From assembly GCA_025060615.1 (NCBI GenBank), contig JANXBS010000004.1, positions 5,400 through 69,399 of the forward strand: a stretch of DNA of 64,000 nucleotides. Reading direction: 5' to 3'. The translations under genes were made by a program, and so were the position numbers. Numbering within the stretch: position 1 is the stretch's first letter; the number at the start of each line of letters is the position of its first letter. Source of the stretch: Anaerolineae bacterium. Lineage in GTDB: Bacteria; Chloroflexota; Anaerolineae; DUEN01. The notes below the pieces were generated by a model. That model did not search any database. It had not been told where the DNA came from and saw nothing but the letters and a program-made list of their open reading frames with translations. This document shows positions 34,446 to 45,483 of this stretch, piece by piece.

Positions 34446-35066
34446 TCATGGGCGAATCTCGATTCTGATTTTCCCTTCGCCGATCTGCAAATCCCTAACG
34501 TAGAAGCCGGCCGTGTACTGCGTTAGAGCCTGCTCAGCGATGCCAGGCAACATACGGGTCATCAGGTTTAAAGGCTGCAACTGCTCGACTGCCATGCGCA
34601 CTCGCCCGTTCTCGGCCCACAGCCGAATCGTAGCCTGTAAGTTGCTGATGGATAGCAATCCGTAACGCAACTGGCCTGCCTGCACCTGCACCCGTCCGCC
34701 AGTAAAGCGTACCGTCAGGTCGGTCACCTGAACCTGTCTCTGCACCTCTTCGCTAACGATGGCCTCCTCGATCATGCCCTCAGTGATCTCCCATACAATG
34801 CGATCCGGGGTGGGCGTGGCTACTGCCTCGACTTTTGGCGTAGGCGTGGGAGTGGACGTAGGCGTCGGCGTTGGCGTAGGCGGGATTGGTGTCGGCGTCG
34901 CAGTGGGTGTCCAAGTAGGGGCCACCGTTCCAGGCAGGGGAACTGGCGTGAGCGACACGAGCGCCGGGAGCTGAGGTGGCATGCAGGCAGCTATCCAGAG
35001 CGCCAACGCTACAAGCCATCCCCAACCCATCCATTTCAGCTTTAGCATGTGGCTCTTTCGTTGCAT
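34446..35066 (-). CDS. Lipoprotein with Pro/Thr linker
   Basis: Lipobox IAAC, PTPTPT repeats, C-terminal beta-rich domain. Confidence 0.8.
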   Translation of the reverse strand: MQRKSHMLKLKWMGWGWLVALALWIAACMPPQLPALVSLTPVPLPGTVAPTWTPTATPTPIPPTPTPTPTSTPTPTPKVEAVATPTPDRIVWEITEGMIEEAIVSEEVQRQVQVTDLTVRFTGGRVQVQAGQLRYGLLSISNLQATIRLWAENGRVRMAVEQLQPLNLMTRMLPGIAEQALTQYTAGFYVRDLQIGEGKIRIEIRP

Positions 35067-35177
35067 CTTTTCTCACCTCTCCGCAATAGATCTCTAAATG
35101 ATTGTGAAGTTTAATGACCGAATCATCATGAAGCGTCTGGAGCGCACGTCAATTGATCGATGGGGGAAAAGGTCATC

Positions 35178-35711
35178 TCATCCTGTTGAAACAAGCGTTT
35201 GCTCGCAGGCATGACGCAGGCCACAACCTAGGCAGCGAGCGGGATCTTGATGTGAACGAGCGACCTCAACGCGCGTCAATGCTCGCCGCAGTTCAGTCAA
35301 AGTCTCTAGCACCGCTTGTCGTAGGGCATCGTCGAAGGGTACCACCAGAGTGGCATCATCGTAACACAGTAACCCATGCGAGGGTCGATGGCTAGCCCAA
35401 TCCTCGACCAGTAGACAGTAGGCAGCTAGTTGTAGAAGATGAGACGGATGAGGGTGTATAGGGCGAGGGCCAGATTTGACCTCGACCGGGATGATCTCTC
35501 TCCCATGCTTAACCAGATAGTCTGGGCGGCCGACCAATCCCCAACGCCGGCTGATGATGGACGTCTTCACGCGCCACCACCGACTCGTGTCAGCATAGAT
35601 CACGCGGCCGGCTGGCAACCCAGCAGCCCGGCTAATGCGGCTGGACCACCACAACATGAGCGCGCCTGTCACGATGAGCAGAAAGGCGATCCCCCACAAT
35701 ACAGCGGACAA
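35178..35711 (-). CDS. Membrane-anchored Cas4-like PD-(D/E)XK nuclease, C-terminal part
   Basis: N-terminal TM helix; GRPD, PVEVKSG, QLAAY and C-terminal CLGCGLRHAC (CxxC-x5-C). Lacks the first Fe-S Cys and motif I. Confidence 0.88.
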   Translation of the reverse strand: MSAVLWGIAFLLIVTGALMLWWSSRISRAAGLPAGRVIYADTSRWWRVKTSIISRRWGLVGRPDYLVKHGREIIPVEVKSGPRPIHPHPSHLLQLAAYCLLVEDWASHRPSHGLLCYDDATLVVPFDDALRQAVLETLTELRRALTRVEVARSHQDPARCLGCGLRHACEQTLVSTG

Positions 35712-35782
35712 GCGATTTTGCCCCGCTAATTAGATGCAGGCGATAGACGAAAAGCTCTCAAACACTGACCAGCGGCTGACCG

Positions 35783-36502
35783 CTACCCTTTCGCCGGTGG
35801 CCTCGTCCACGGTAGGATGATAATCGGTACGCCATACGGTCCCCACCGCGTAAACCACTCGGCATCCTCCGGGCGCAGGCGGATGCATCCACGGCTGGCC
35901 GGAAATGCGCCCAATGCATACATCTCCTGGTACCGCTTGACGCCGTTCTCGATCACGTAGGGAGCACCGTGGATCAAAATATGGCCCTCATGCCGGAACA
36001 GGAACCAGCCGTGATCGGCGCTCACGCCATTGGCCGAGAAAGTCCCCCAATACTCGCCGACCCGGCCCACCCAGGCCGGCGTGCGATATCCTTGATCCGG
36101 ATCCCCGCTGCTAATCGGCAGATCTGCTACGATTACACCGCCCTCCGCTACGATCATACGTTGGCGGTCCTGGTCTACCACGATAAAGCGGCCATTGGGA
36201 TCGAACCCGTTCTCTTCCACCAACGCCCGAAGGCGCGTATCGGGCGTTGGGATGGGAGTGGGGATCACAGGATCGGACATGATCCAGGCTGATGGCCGCG
36301 TGGGTGACGGCAAGAGAGTTGGCGCAGACAATGGGGTAGGAGACGGGCGTGGCGGCCGCATCCAAGGCTCGCCGGGGAAGTCAGCGCGCTCAGGAGCCGC
36401 CAGATCTTGCGAGTGGGTGAGGGTCATTACCCACCAAGCCACGAATGCAAGGGAGAACATCAGCCCCAGCCGCAGGAGTAGGCGCTTGCCCCTTCTAAAC
36501 AT
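35783..36502 (-). CDS. L,D-transpeptidase (YkuD family), membrane anchored
   Basis: N-terminal TM helix, Pro linker, IVVDQDRQRM, ISSG, ILIHG...ASRGCIRL catalytic His/Cys. Confidence 0.9.
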   Translation of the reverse strand: MFRRGKRLLLRLGLMFSLAFVAWWVMTLTHSQDLAAPERADFPGEPWMRPPRPSPTPLSAPTLLPSPTRPSAWIMSDPVIPTPIPTPDTRLRALVEENGFDPNGRFIVVDQDRQRMIVAEGGVIVADLPISSGDPDQGYRTPAWVGRVGEYWGTFSANGVSADHGWFLFRHEGHILIHGAPYVIENGVKRYQEMYALGAFPASRGCIRLRPEDAEWFTRWGPYGVPIIILPWTRPPAKG

Positions 36503-36743
36503 ATCGGCCGATCCCCCAGACGATCAACACGAACGCTAGCGTGAGCAATCCATAGCCGAGAAGACGTAACTCGTATGCCAATGCGACTCGTCTCCCGTGC
36601 TGTGCGTGACGTTGAACTCCCACCCGAAGGGCTGATATGTTCTCACTTTTTATGCCGCGCACTCTTTGTAGCCACCAGGCGCGGGCACAATAAGCGTACA
36701 GGCCGATCTCACTGGCTCTGATCAGGGGTTGGTTCGTAGCCAT
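36495..36743 (-). CDS. Small membrane protein resembling the N-terminal part of Cas4
   Basis: IRASEIGLYAYCARAWW...GVQRH followed by a C-terminal TM helix. Has a GGAG RBS and overlaps both neighbours. Confidence 0.8.
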   Translation of the reverse strand: MATNQPLIRASEIGLYAYCARAWWLQRVRGIKSENISALRVGVQRHAQHGRRVALAYELRLLGYGLLTLAFVLIVWGIGRYV

Positions 36744-37395
36744 ACACTGGCTCCTCAGGCGATGGTAGGTTCAGCCGCCTTTCCAGGGCAGCCAATGCAG
36801 CATGCATTTGGTCCTGGCGGATCGCCATGGTCAGATCGCCGCGTGTGCGCTCTAACACGCCGCGCACCATATCGGTTGTTCGGCGTAGCCCGCCAGTGAT
36901 CGCGTCCGGGTAATCCACGGTGACGAGCTGGCTATAAACATCATCCATGACTTCTAACAGCGGTTCAGCCTCCGCTGCCTTGCCAGCTCGGATCAGGTCG
37001 AGGATATAGCGGCGGAGCTCGCCCATCGCTTCGCCTAGGCCGTTAAGGTAGGCCGCATATTCGACTTGCAGATGCTCGGGCGAGGGCAGCGGCTGGCCTT
37101 GCACCAGCGCATGAACGATAGAGGCTTCGGCCAGTTCCTTGAGGGCATCTTGAGTATAGCCAACCCAGTACAGATCGGGATAACCCGCCAGCGCCTCGCG
37201 CATTTGAGCTGCCGTCTGGCGGGCCGTCTCCAGCAGTTGGGCGGCTTCTACCCATTCGCGTCGGTGCGTGGCTCGGATGCTCAGGGAACAGTAGCGAATC
37301 AACTCGCGCGAGCGTCGCAAGGTCTCATCACGCAACTCGTTGCGGCGCTCGAAATCAGAGCGTATGGCCTCAAAGATGTCCGAGAGAGATGACAA
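36709..37395 (-). CDS. Translin/TRAX-family protein
   Basis: All-helical. RD..LRRSRELIR, ALKELAEA and YLNGLGEAMGELRR are translin signatures. Start reset to TTG 37395 because a promoter lies inside the longer ORF. Confidence 0.9.
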   Translation of the reverse strand: MSSLSDIFEAIRSDFERRNELRDETLRRSRELIRYCSLSIRATHRREWVEAAQLLETARQTAAQMREALAGYPDLYWVGYTQDALKELAEASIVHALVQGQPLPSPEHLQVEYAAYLNGLGEAMGELRRYILDLIRAGKAAEAEPLLEVMDDVYSQLVTVDYPDAITGGLRRTTDMVRGVLERTRGDLTMAIRQDQMHAALAALERRLNLPSPEEPVYGYEPTPDQSQ

Positions 37396-37426
37396 TTGGC
37401 GCCTCAATATACTGATAGCGTCAGTG

Positions 37427-37455
37427 ATTATACCTGTAAGCCGACGACCGAGCAA
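37427..37455 (-). promoter_or_regulatory. Putative sigma70 promoter of the translin-Cas4 operon
   Basis: TTGCTC-17 bp-TATAAT on the minus strand, about 30 nt before the TTG start. Confidence 0.6.
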
Positions 37456-37702
37456 CTAGGCCCACGTTACCCACCGGTGAGCCACTCCCACCCTTGCACA
37501 AGGCCAGGCGACAGCCCATGCCCAGCCGCATTCTGCCGTCTGGCCAGCAACTGACCTATAGCCATTGCGCCTCAAACCTCTCAGGCGAGCCCGTCAAGAA
37601 GGTCACAGACAGCCATTTGAGGAATTGATTGGTAACCATATCTTACGGCCATTGGGCAGAGATAGGCGGGATAAGACAACGAACGCATGGGATAAGGGAT
37701 CC

Positions 37703-38053
37703 TTATCCAGGAGGCCAGCGCATATGACGGCCGCCGAGCAGATGCACATGGAGATGATCTATAGACTGCCCGGCCTGGGGGCCATTATTGATGACGAGTC
37801 GATACCCGGAACGGGCGATCCCCTCGCGCTCAGCCAGCTCACGAGCGACCAGCATCAGCCGCCCGGCCAGGGTGCCATCCTCCGCTCCTAGGGCTGTTAT
37901 CGCGGGGATGTGCCGGCGGGGCACGATCAAGACGTGCACGGGCGCCTGTGGGTTGATGTCTCGAAACGCCACGACCTCCTCGTCCTGGTACACGATATCG
38001 GCCGGCGCCTCACGACGCACAATCCGGCAGAACACGCAACGAGCATCGCTCAA
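37703..38053 (-). CDS. Histidine triad nucleotide-binding protein (Hint)
   Basis: CVFCRI, FRDINPQAPVHVLIVP, GQSIDHLHVHLLGG, WPPG. Confidence 0.94.
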   Translation of the reverse strand: MSDARCVFCRIVRREAPADIVYQDEEVVAFRDINPQAPVHVLIVPRRHIPAITALGAEDGTLAGRLMLVARELAEREGIARSGYRLVINNGPQAGQSIDHLHVHLLGGRHMRWPPG

Positions 38054-39360
38054 TTCGTCACCTCTATCACCTTGCCCCACAGGGCATCTCCCTCTAGCTG
38101 ATCCAACCGAACCGGGGTGATCCGGTTGTGCAGGCCCACATCTGCTGGCATCATCGTCAACACGCGCAGATAGTTATCCGTCAGGCCAGTCCACACGCGC
38201 TGATCAGTTCCTAACAAGGGCTGTCCATCCCCTTCCCAGAGCACTGGCCGAACCTGTCCCAACTGGGCACGGCGCACCTCGCGCCCACTGCGGGCATCTA
38301 GATCGCGCATGACTGCGCTGCGCTCACGTTTAACCGCCTCAGGGACCTGTCCTTTCATGCGTGCGGCCGCCGTGCCAGGCCTGGGTGAATACGGGAAGAC
38401 GTGAAGATGGGCAAACCGCATGGATTCCACGAACCGCAGGCTCTGCTGAAACTCTTCATCGGTCTCGCCAGGAAAGCCCACGATGATATCCGTAGTGATG
38501 GTCAGATGGGGGATACGCTCGCGGGCGCATTCCACTAAACGAGCGTAGCTTGCGGTGGTGTAGCGACGGGCCATACGGCGCAGGGTAGCGTCGCACCCGG
38601 ATTGCAAGGGCAGGTGTAGATGCGGGCACAAGCGGCCTTCGCTTTCCCGCCATAGATCGAAGAAATCCGGACCCAGGTCCCATGGCTCCAGCGAGGAAAG
38701 CCGCAGGCGAGGCAGACGAGTCTGGCGCAAGATCGCTCGCACCAGGGACGCTAAGTTGGTGCCCAGATCGCGCCCATAGGCGCCTAAATGCACGCCGGTG
38801 AGCACTGCCTCTTGATATCCCTCGGCGACCAGGGCGTTGATCTCGTTCACCACCGCAGCGAGAGGCCGGCTGCGTTCCTCGCCGCGGGCGACTGTGACGA
38901 TACAGAATGTGCAACGATTGTTGCAGCCGTCTTGCACTTTGACGAAAGCGCGGGTCCGCGTAGCAGCAAAAGGCGGACAATCCGGTCGGAACACCTCATC
39001 TGCCGGTCGATGGGGGAGTTCCTCCGCCCATAGAGCCAGCAGGTCGGCCAGCCGCTCTTTTTCGCGATTGTCCACGACCAAGCGCACTTGTGGCAGCCGC
39101 TGAACGGTGGTCGGTGCCAAGGTGGCATAACAGCCGGTGATAGCTAGGCGCGCATGAGGATTAGCCCGAGCCAGGGCGCGCGCCAGCGCGCGCGATTTCG
39201 CTTCAGCCGTCGTGGTCACTGCGCATGTGTTCAACACGCAGACATCCGCATCGCTAGGCGCCTGCACCACGTGAAGGCCGCGGGCCGAGAGCTCACGCGC
39301 CAACCGTTCCATCTCGCTAAAGTTCAAGCGACACCCCAACGTCTCCAGATATATCCGCAT
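38050..39360 (-). CDS. mtaB: tRNA t6A37 methylthiotransferase
   Basis: TLGCRLN, NTCAVT, RTRAFVKVQDGCNNRCTFC, LTGVHLGAYG, RLSSLEP, HVFPYSPRPGT. Confidence 0.93.
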   Translation of the reverse strand: MRIYLETLGCRLNFSEMERLARELSARGLHVVQAPSDADVCVLNTCAVTTTAEAKSRALARALARANPHARLAITGCYATLAPTTVQRLPQVRLVVDNREKERLADLLALWAEELPHRPADEVFRPDCPPFAATRTRAFVKVQDGCNNRCTFCIVTVARGEERSRPLAAVVNEINALVAEGYQEAVLTGVHLGAYGRDLGTNLASLVRAILRQTRLPRLRLSSLEPWDLGPDFFDLWRESEGRLCPHLHLPLQSGCDATLRRMARRYTTASYARLVECARERIPHLTITTDIIVGFPGETDEEFQQSLRFVESMRFAHLHVFPYSPRPGTAAARMKGQVPEAVKRERSAVMRDLDARSGREVRRAQLGQVRPVLWEGDGQPLLGTDQRVWTGLTDNYLRVLTMMPADVGLHNRITPVRLDQLEGDALWGKVIEVTN

Positions 39361-39577
39361 ATCTCTCAGTACATGATCTCCCCTTCAAGGGTGGGCTCCT
39401 CTTTCATCGCACTCGACGGGGGAGGATCAAACCCGCCCTTGTTTTCATTATATCTCTATTCACTTGAACGCAAAAGCGCGCGACCTAGGCTTCAGCGTTT
39501 GGGGACCTCGCGAATTCTGCGTATACTGTCAGTGGAAGCACACTTCCCCCTGAGATCTCTGCTAACGGTGGTGTGAC

Positions 39578-42283
<2,706 letters not shown>

Positions 42284-42310
42284 CAGCCGCCAAGGCGAGT
42301 ATTAAGCGCT

Positions 42311-43900
42311 ATGTCGTCCTTGATGAGCTATCAACTACGGCAACGGGAATACCTGCTGGAGATCAGCCGGGCGATGACAGCCCGCCTCGAGCTCGGTGCC
42401 GTCTTGCGGCTTATCCTGACCTACGCCGCTGAAATGGTCGGAGCCGAGGTGGGCTTGATCGCCCTGAGCGAGCGCAACGGTGAGCTAGTCGTAAAGGCCT
42501 CGTACGGGATCCCAGCTCAGCTCTTGCCGCGCTTCGCCCCGTTGCTGACCGATATCCCGCGTCTAATGGATTTGCAGCAGCGCACTGGCTGGCAGATCCC
42601 CGATCTCAACCTACGCCTGCATGCCGTCTCGGCAGCAGTGGGCTTGCCTCTGGACCAGGTCATCTCCTTACCGTTGGTGGTGGAGGATGAGCCGCTGGGG
42701 GTGATTTACCTCTTCCGCTCCGGCAGCCTCGCTTTCACCAGCAACGACCGCCGGGTGTTGATGGCGTTCGCTGCGCAGGCTGCGATTGCTGTGCGCAACG
42801 CCCGGCTGTATTCAGACCTGGTCGCTGGCAAGCAACGGCTGGACGCGGTCATTGAGAACTCGGCCGACGGCATCATGATCCTGGATCCACAACGGCGGAT
42901 CGAGATCATCAACCGGGCGATGTTGCAGATGACCGGGTGGTCGCGCGAGGACGCCCTTGGGCAGCCATGCCACAAAGTGCTGGCTTTGCAGAACATCGAA
43001 GGAAACGATATCTGTCAAATCGAGAACCCAGAGGCCCAGTTGCCGCGTCAGGGGACCCTCTATGTCGAAGGGGAGCTCATACGTCCCAGCGGCTCGCGCC
43101 TGGTGGTGGGCGTCCGCTACACCCCGCTGTGGGATGAGGCGGGCCACCTACGCAACATCATCGTCAACGTGGTGGACATTACCCGCTACCGGGAGGCGGA
43201 GGACATGAAGCGCACCTTCATCTCCGTGATCTCCCATGAGCTGAAGACCCCTGTGGCTCTGATCAAGGGATATGCGACGACGCTGGCTCGCGAGGACGCC
43301 CATTGGGATCAGGAGACCCTGCGCGAGGGCCTGCGCGTGATCGAAGAGGAGAGCGACCGTCTCAACAGCCTGATTGACAACCTGCTGGATGCCTCGCGCA
43401 TCCAGGCCGGCGTGTTGAAACTAGAGATGGGGGATGTAAACCTACCACAACTCGTGCGTCGCGCAGTTGAGCGGTTCTCCACCCAGACTGATCGGCATCA
43501 ATTTGAGATTGATTTCCCAGAAGACTTTCCCATTGTGCTGGGGGACGATGAGCGACTACGACAGGTGCTGGATAACCTGATCAGCAACGCCATCAAGTAC
43601 TCGCCTGACGGCGGCGTAATTCGCATCGGCGGATGGGCGGATGAAGACCAGGTGACCGTGTATGTGGCCGATCAAGGGATTGGCATCCCGCCAGAGGAAC
43701 ACAGTCGGCTCTTCAACCGATTTTACCGGGTGGATTCCAGCCTGCGCCGCAAGACGCAAGGAGCAGGTCTAGGGCTGTTCCTGTGCAAGTCGCTCGTTGA
43801 GGCCCATGGTGGGCATATCTGGTTCCGCTCGGAGCCGGGGAAAGGCTCTACCTTTTTCTTCTCACTGCCCATCGCTAAGGGCGAAGCTGCGGCACGATAA
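42311..43900 (+). CDS. Cytoplasmic GAF-PAS sensor histidine kinase
   Basis: GAF and PAS domains, ISHELKTP H-box, NLISNAIKYS, DQGIGIP, GAGLGL; no TM segments. Confidence 0.93.
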   Translation: MSSLMSYQLRQREYLLEISRAMTARLELGAVLRLILTYAAEMVGAEVGLIALSERNGELVVKASYGIPAQLLPRFAPLLTDIPRLMDLQQRTGWQIPDLNLRLHAVSAAVGLPLDQVISLPLVVEDEPLGVIYLFRSGSLAFTSNDRRVLMAFAAQAAIAVRNARLYSDLVAGKQRLDAVIENSADGIMILDPQRRIEIINRAMLQMTGWSREDALGQPCHKVLALQNIEGNDICQIENPEAQLPRQGTLYVEGELIRPSGSRLVVGVRYTPLWDEAGHLRNIIVNVVDITRYREAEDMKRTFISVISHELKTPVALIKGYATTLAREDAHWDQETLREGLRVIEEESDRLNSLIDNLLDASRIQAGVLKLEMGDVNLPQLVRRAVERFSTQTDRHQFEIDFPEDFPIVLGDDERLRQVLDNLISNAIKYSPDGGVIRIGGWADEDQVTVYVADQGIGIPPEEHSRLFNRFYRVDSSLRRKTQGAGLGLFLCKSLVEAHGGHIWFRSEPGKGSTFFFSLPIAKGEAAAR

Positions 43901-45440
43901 ACCCGAACAGCGCCAGCAGATCGAGGGCGGCCATCCCCAGATAGACGAGCGCCAGATACACACCGCGCCATCGCGCCGGCGTCAAGCCGACAAAGCCCAA
44001 TGCGATCCCCGCCCCGCCCCCTAGCGCAGCCGTCCATCGGCTCACATGGCCACGAGAGAGGCCGAAAACGAGATAGCCCAATGTGGCGATCAGTAGCAAG
44101 CCTGCCATCCACTGGCTAAGGCGCGGTTGCAACACCCGATCCAATCCCACAGCGAAGCACAGCCCCCAAACTGGCAACGCTGGGAACAGGTAGCGCCCTT
44201 GGTGCTGCACAAATGTCAGATTGTACCAAACATATGCGCCAATGGTCAGTAGCAGCCACACCAGCATCCACGCAATCACTTGCCTCTGCGCGCTCCCCTC
44301 GTTGATCATCGTAGCCGGCGAGCTCTCGTCACTATGATGTTGCTCTCCTCTTTCAAGGCTTTCTATAGCCCTCGGACGAACATGAGGACCTGGTCGTCTG
44401 CCAGGCTGAAGCACCTCCCAGACCGCCACCAGGCATCCCACCGCTATCACCGCGCTCAGGATCGCCAGCGCAAGGTAGATGCGGCTGTCCATGAGCACGC
44501 CCATCCAACCGAATTGTCCCCAGAAGCTACGAAAGGTGGTGACACCTGCCTGTCGCAATAGCTCGACCGATCCCATCTGTGCCAGCCATTCGCTCGTGCG
44601 CGGCTGGCCAACCACTACCAAGTTGTGCTGCCTGAGGCCCAGGATGTCGCCGGGGCCGTATACCAGCCAGTTACGGACCCACCAGGGCAATCCCAGCAGT
44701 ATCCCAGGCCCCAATCCCAACGCCAAACGCCGGGCCCAATCCCGACCATCACTCGCGCCGCGCCATAGAATCGCTAGGAAAACCAACGGCCACGCCAAAT
44801 AAGCGGTAGTCTTAGTCAGAAAGCCTAGCCCGGTGAGCAGAGCCAGGCCTAGGAGCAGCCAACGGTCGCGTCGCCAGTCCCCTTTGCTGCGCAGATAAGC
44901 CAACGACAGAGCCGCGCATCCGGCGAGAATCCACTCGCCCAGGATATCGTTGTTGACGGCTGCGCTCATCGCTATGTGCTGGGGTAAAAACGCCGCAAAG
45001 GCCGTTCCCCCCAACGCCAGTCCCTCGCGGCCCGGAAGTGCGATGCGCAGAAGCCGATAGATCGTCCATAGCAGCCCTACCCCCAGCGCCACGCTGAAGA
45101 GGCGCAACGCGATCAACCGACCATCGGCCAACCGGTACACAGGCACTGCTAGCACATAGTAGAGCGGAGGCTGATGAGACTCGTATCGGATGGGATCTAC
45201 AGACATGTCAGCGGGGAAGCGGCGCGCCTTGATCTCCTCGAGATAACCCTGATTGTAATCGCCCGGCTGAAGGATGGGGAGTTGTCCCTTCTCAGCCAGG
45301 TCACGGATGTAGTTATAGTGGGCCGGTTCATCGGGGGCTTGCCAAGCGGGGGTGAAGACAGCATATAGGCTGGCGATGACCACGTAACCCACGAGGATTA
45401 AACCGAGCAAGATGCGCGACCATGTGGCGGCAGGTGACAT
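43875..45440 (-). CDS. GT-C fold glycosyltransferase (PMT/DUF2142-like)
   Basis: WQAPDEPAH, HQPPLYY, NND, LTKTT, SFWGQFGW, QGRYLFP; multi-TM. Confidence 0.85.
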   Translation of the reverse strand: MSPAATWSRILLGLILVGYVVIASLYAVFTPAWQAPDEPAHYNYIRDLAEKGQLPILQPGDYNQGYLEEIKARRFPADMSVDPIRYESHQPPLYYVLAVPVYRLADGRLIALRLFSVALGVGLLWTIYRLLRIALPGREGLALGGTAFAAFLPQHIAMSAAVNNDILGEWILAGCAALSLAYLRSKGDWRRDRWLLLGLALLTGLGFLTKTTAYLAWPLVFLAILWRGASDGRDWARRLALGLGPGILLGLPWWVRNWLVYGPGDILGLRQHNLVVVGQPRTSEWLAQMGSVELLRQAGVTTFRSFWGQFGWMGVLMDSRIYLALAILSAVIAVGCLVAVWEVLQPGRRPGPHVRPRAIESLERGEQHHSDESSPATMINEGSAQRQVIAWMLVWLLLTIGAYVWYNLTFVQHQGRYLFPALPVWGLCFAVGLDRVLQPRLSQWMAGLLLIATLGYLVFGLSRGHVSRWTAALGGGAGIALGFVGLTPARWRGVYLALVYLGMAALDLLALFGFIVPQLRP

Positions 45441-45483
45441 ATGAACTCCCCTGAAACGAGCGATGGGATTGCCTTCGCCTGCC

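Noticed and set aside
35178..35711. CRISPR-Cas locus implied by the Cas4-like gene
   Set aside because: No repeat-spacer array and no cas1, cas2 or effector genes anywhere in the window.
37690..37715. cttatccag resembling a second SAM-I start
   Set aside because: It is the reverse complement of the HIT gene's WPPG-stop, and the rest of the aptamer is absent.
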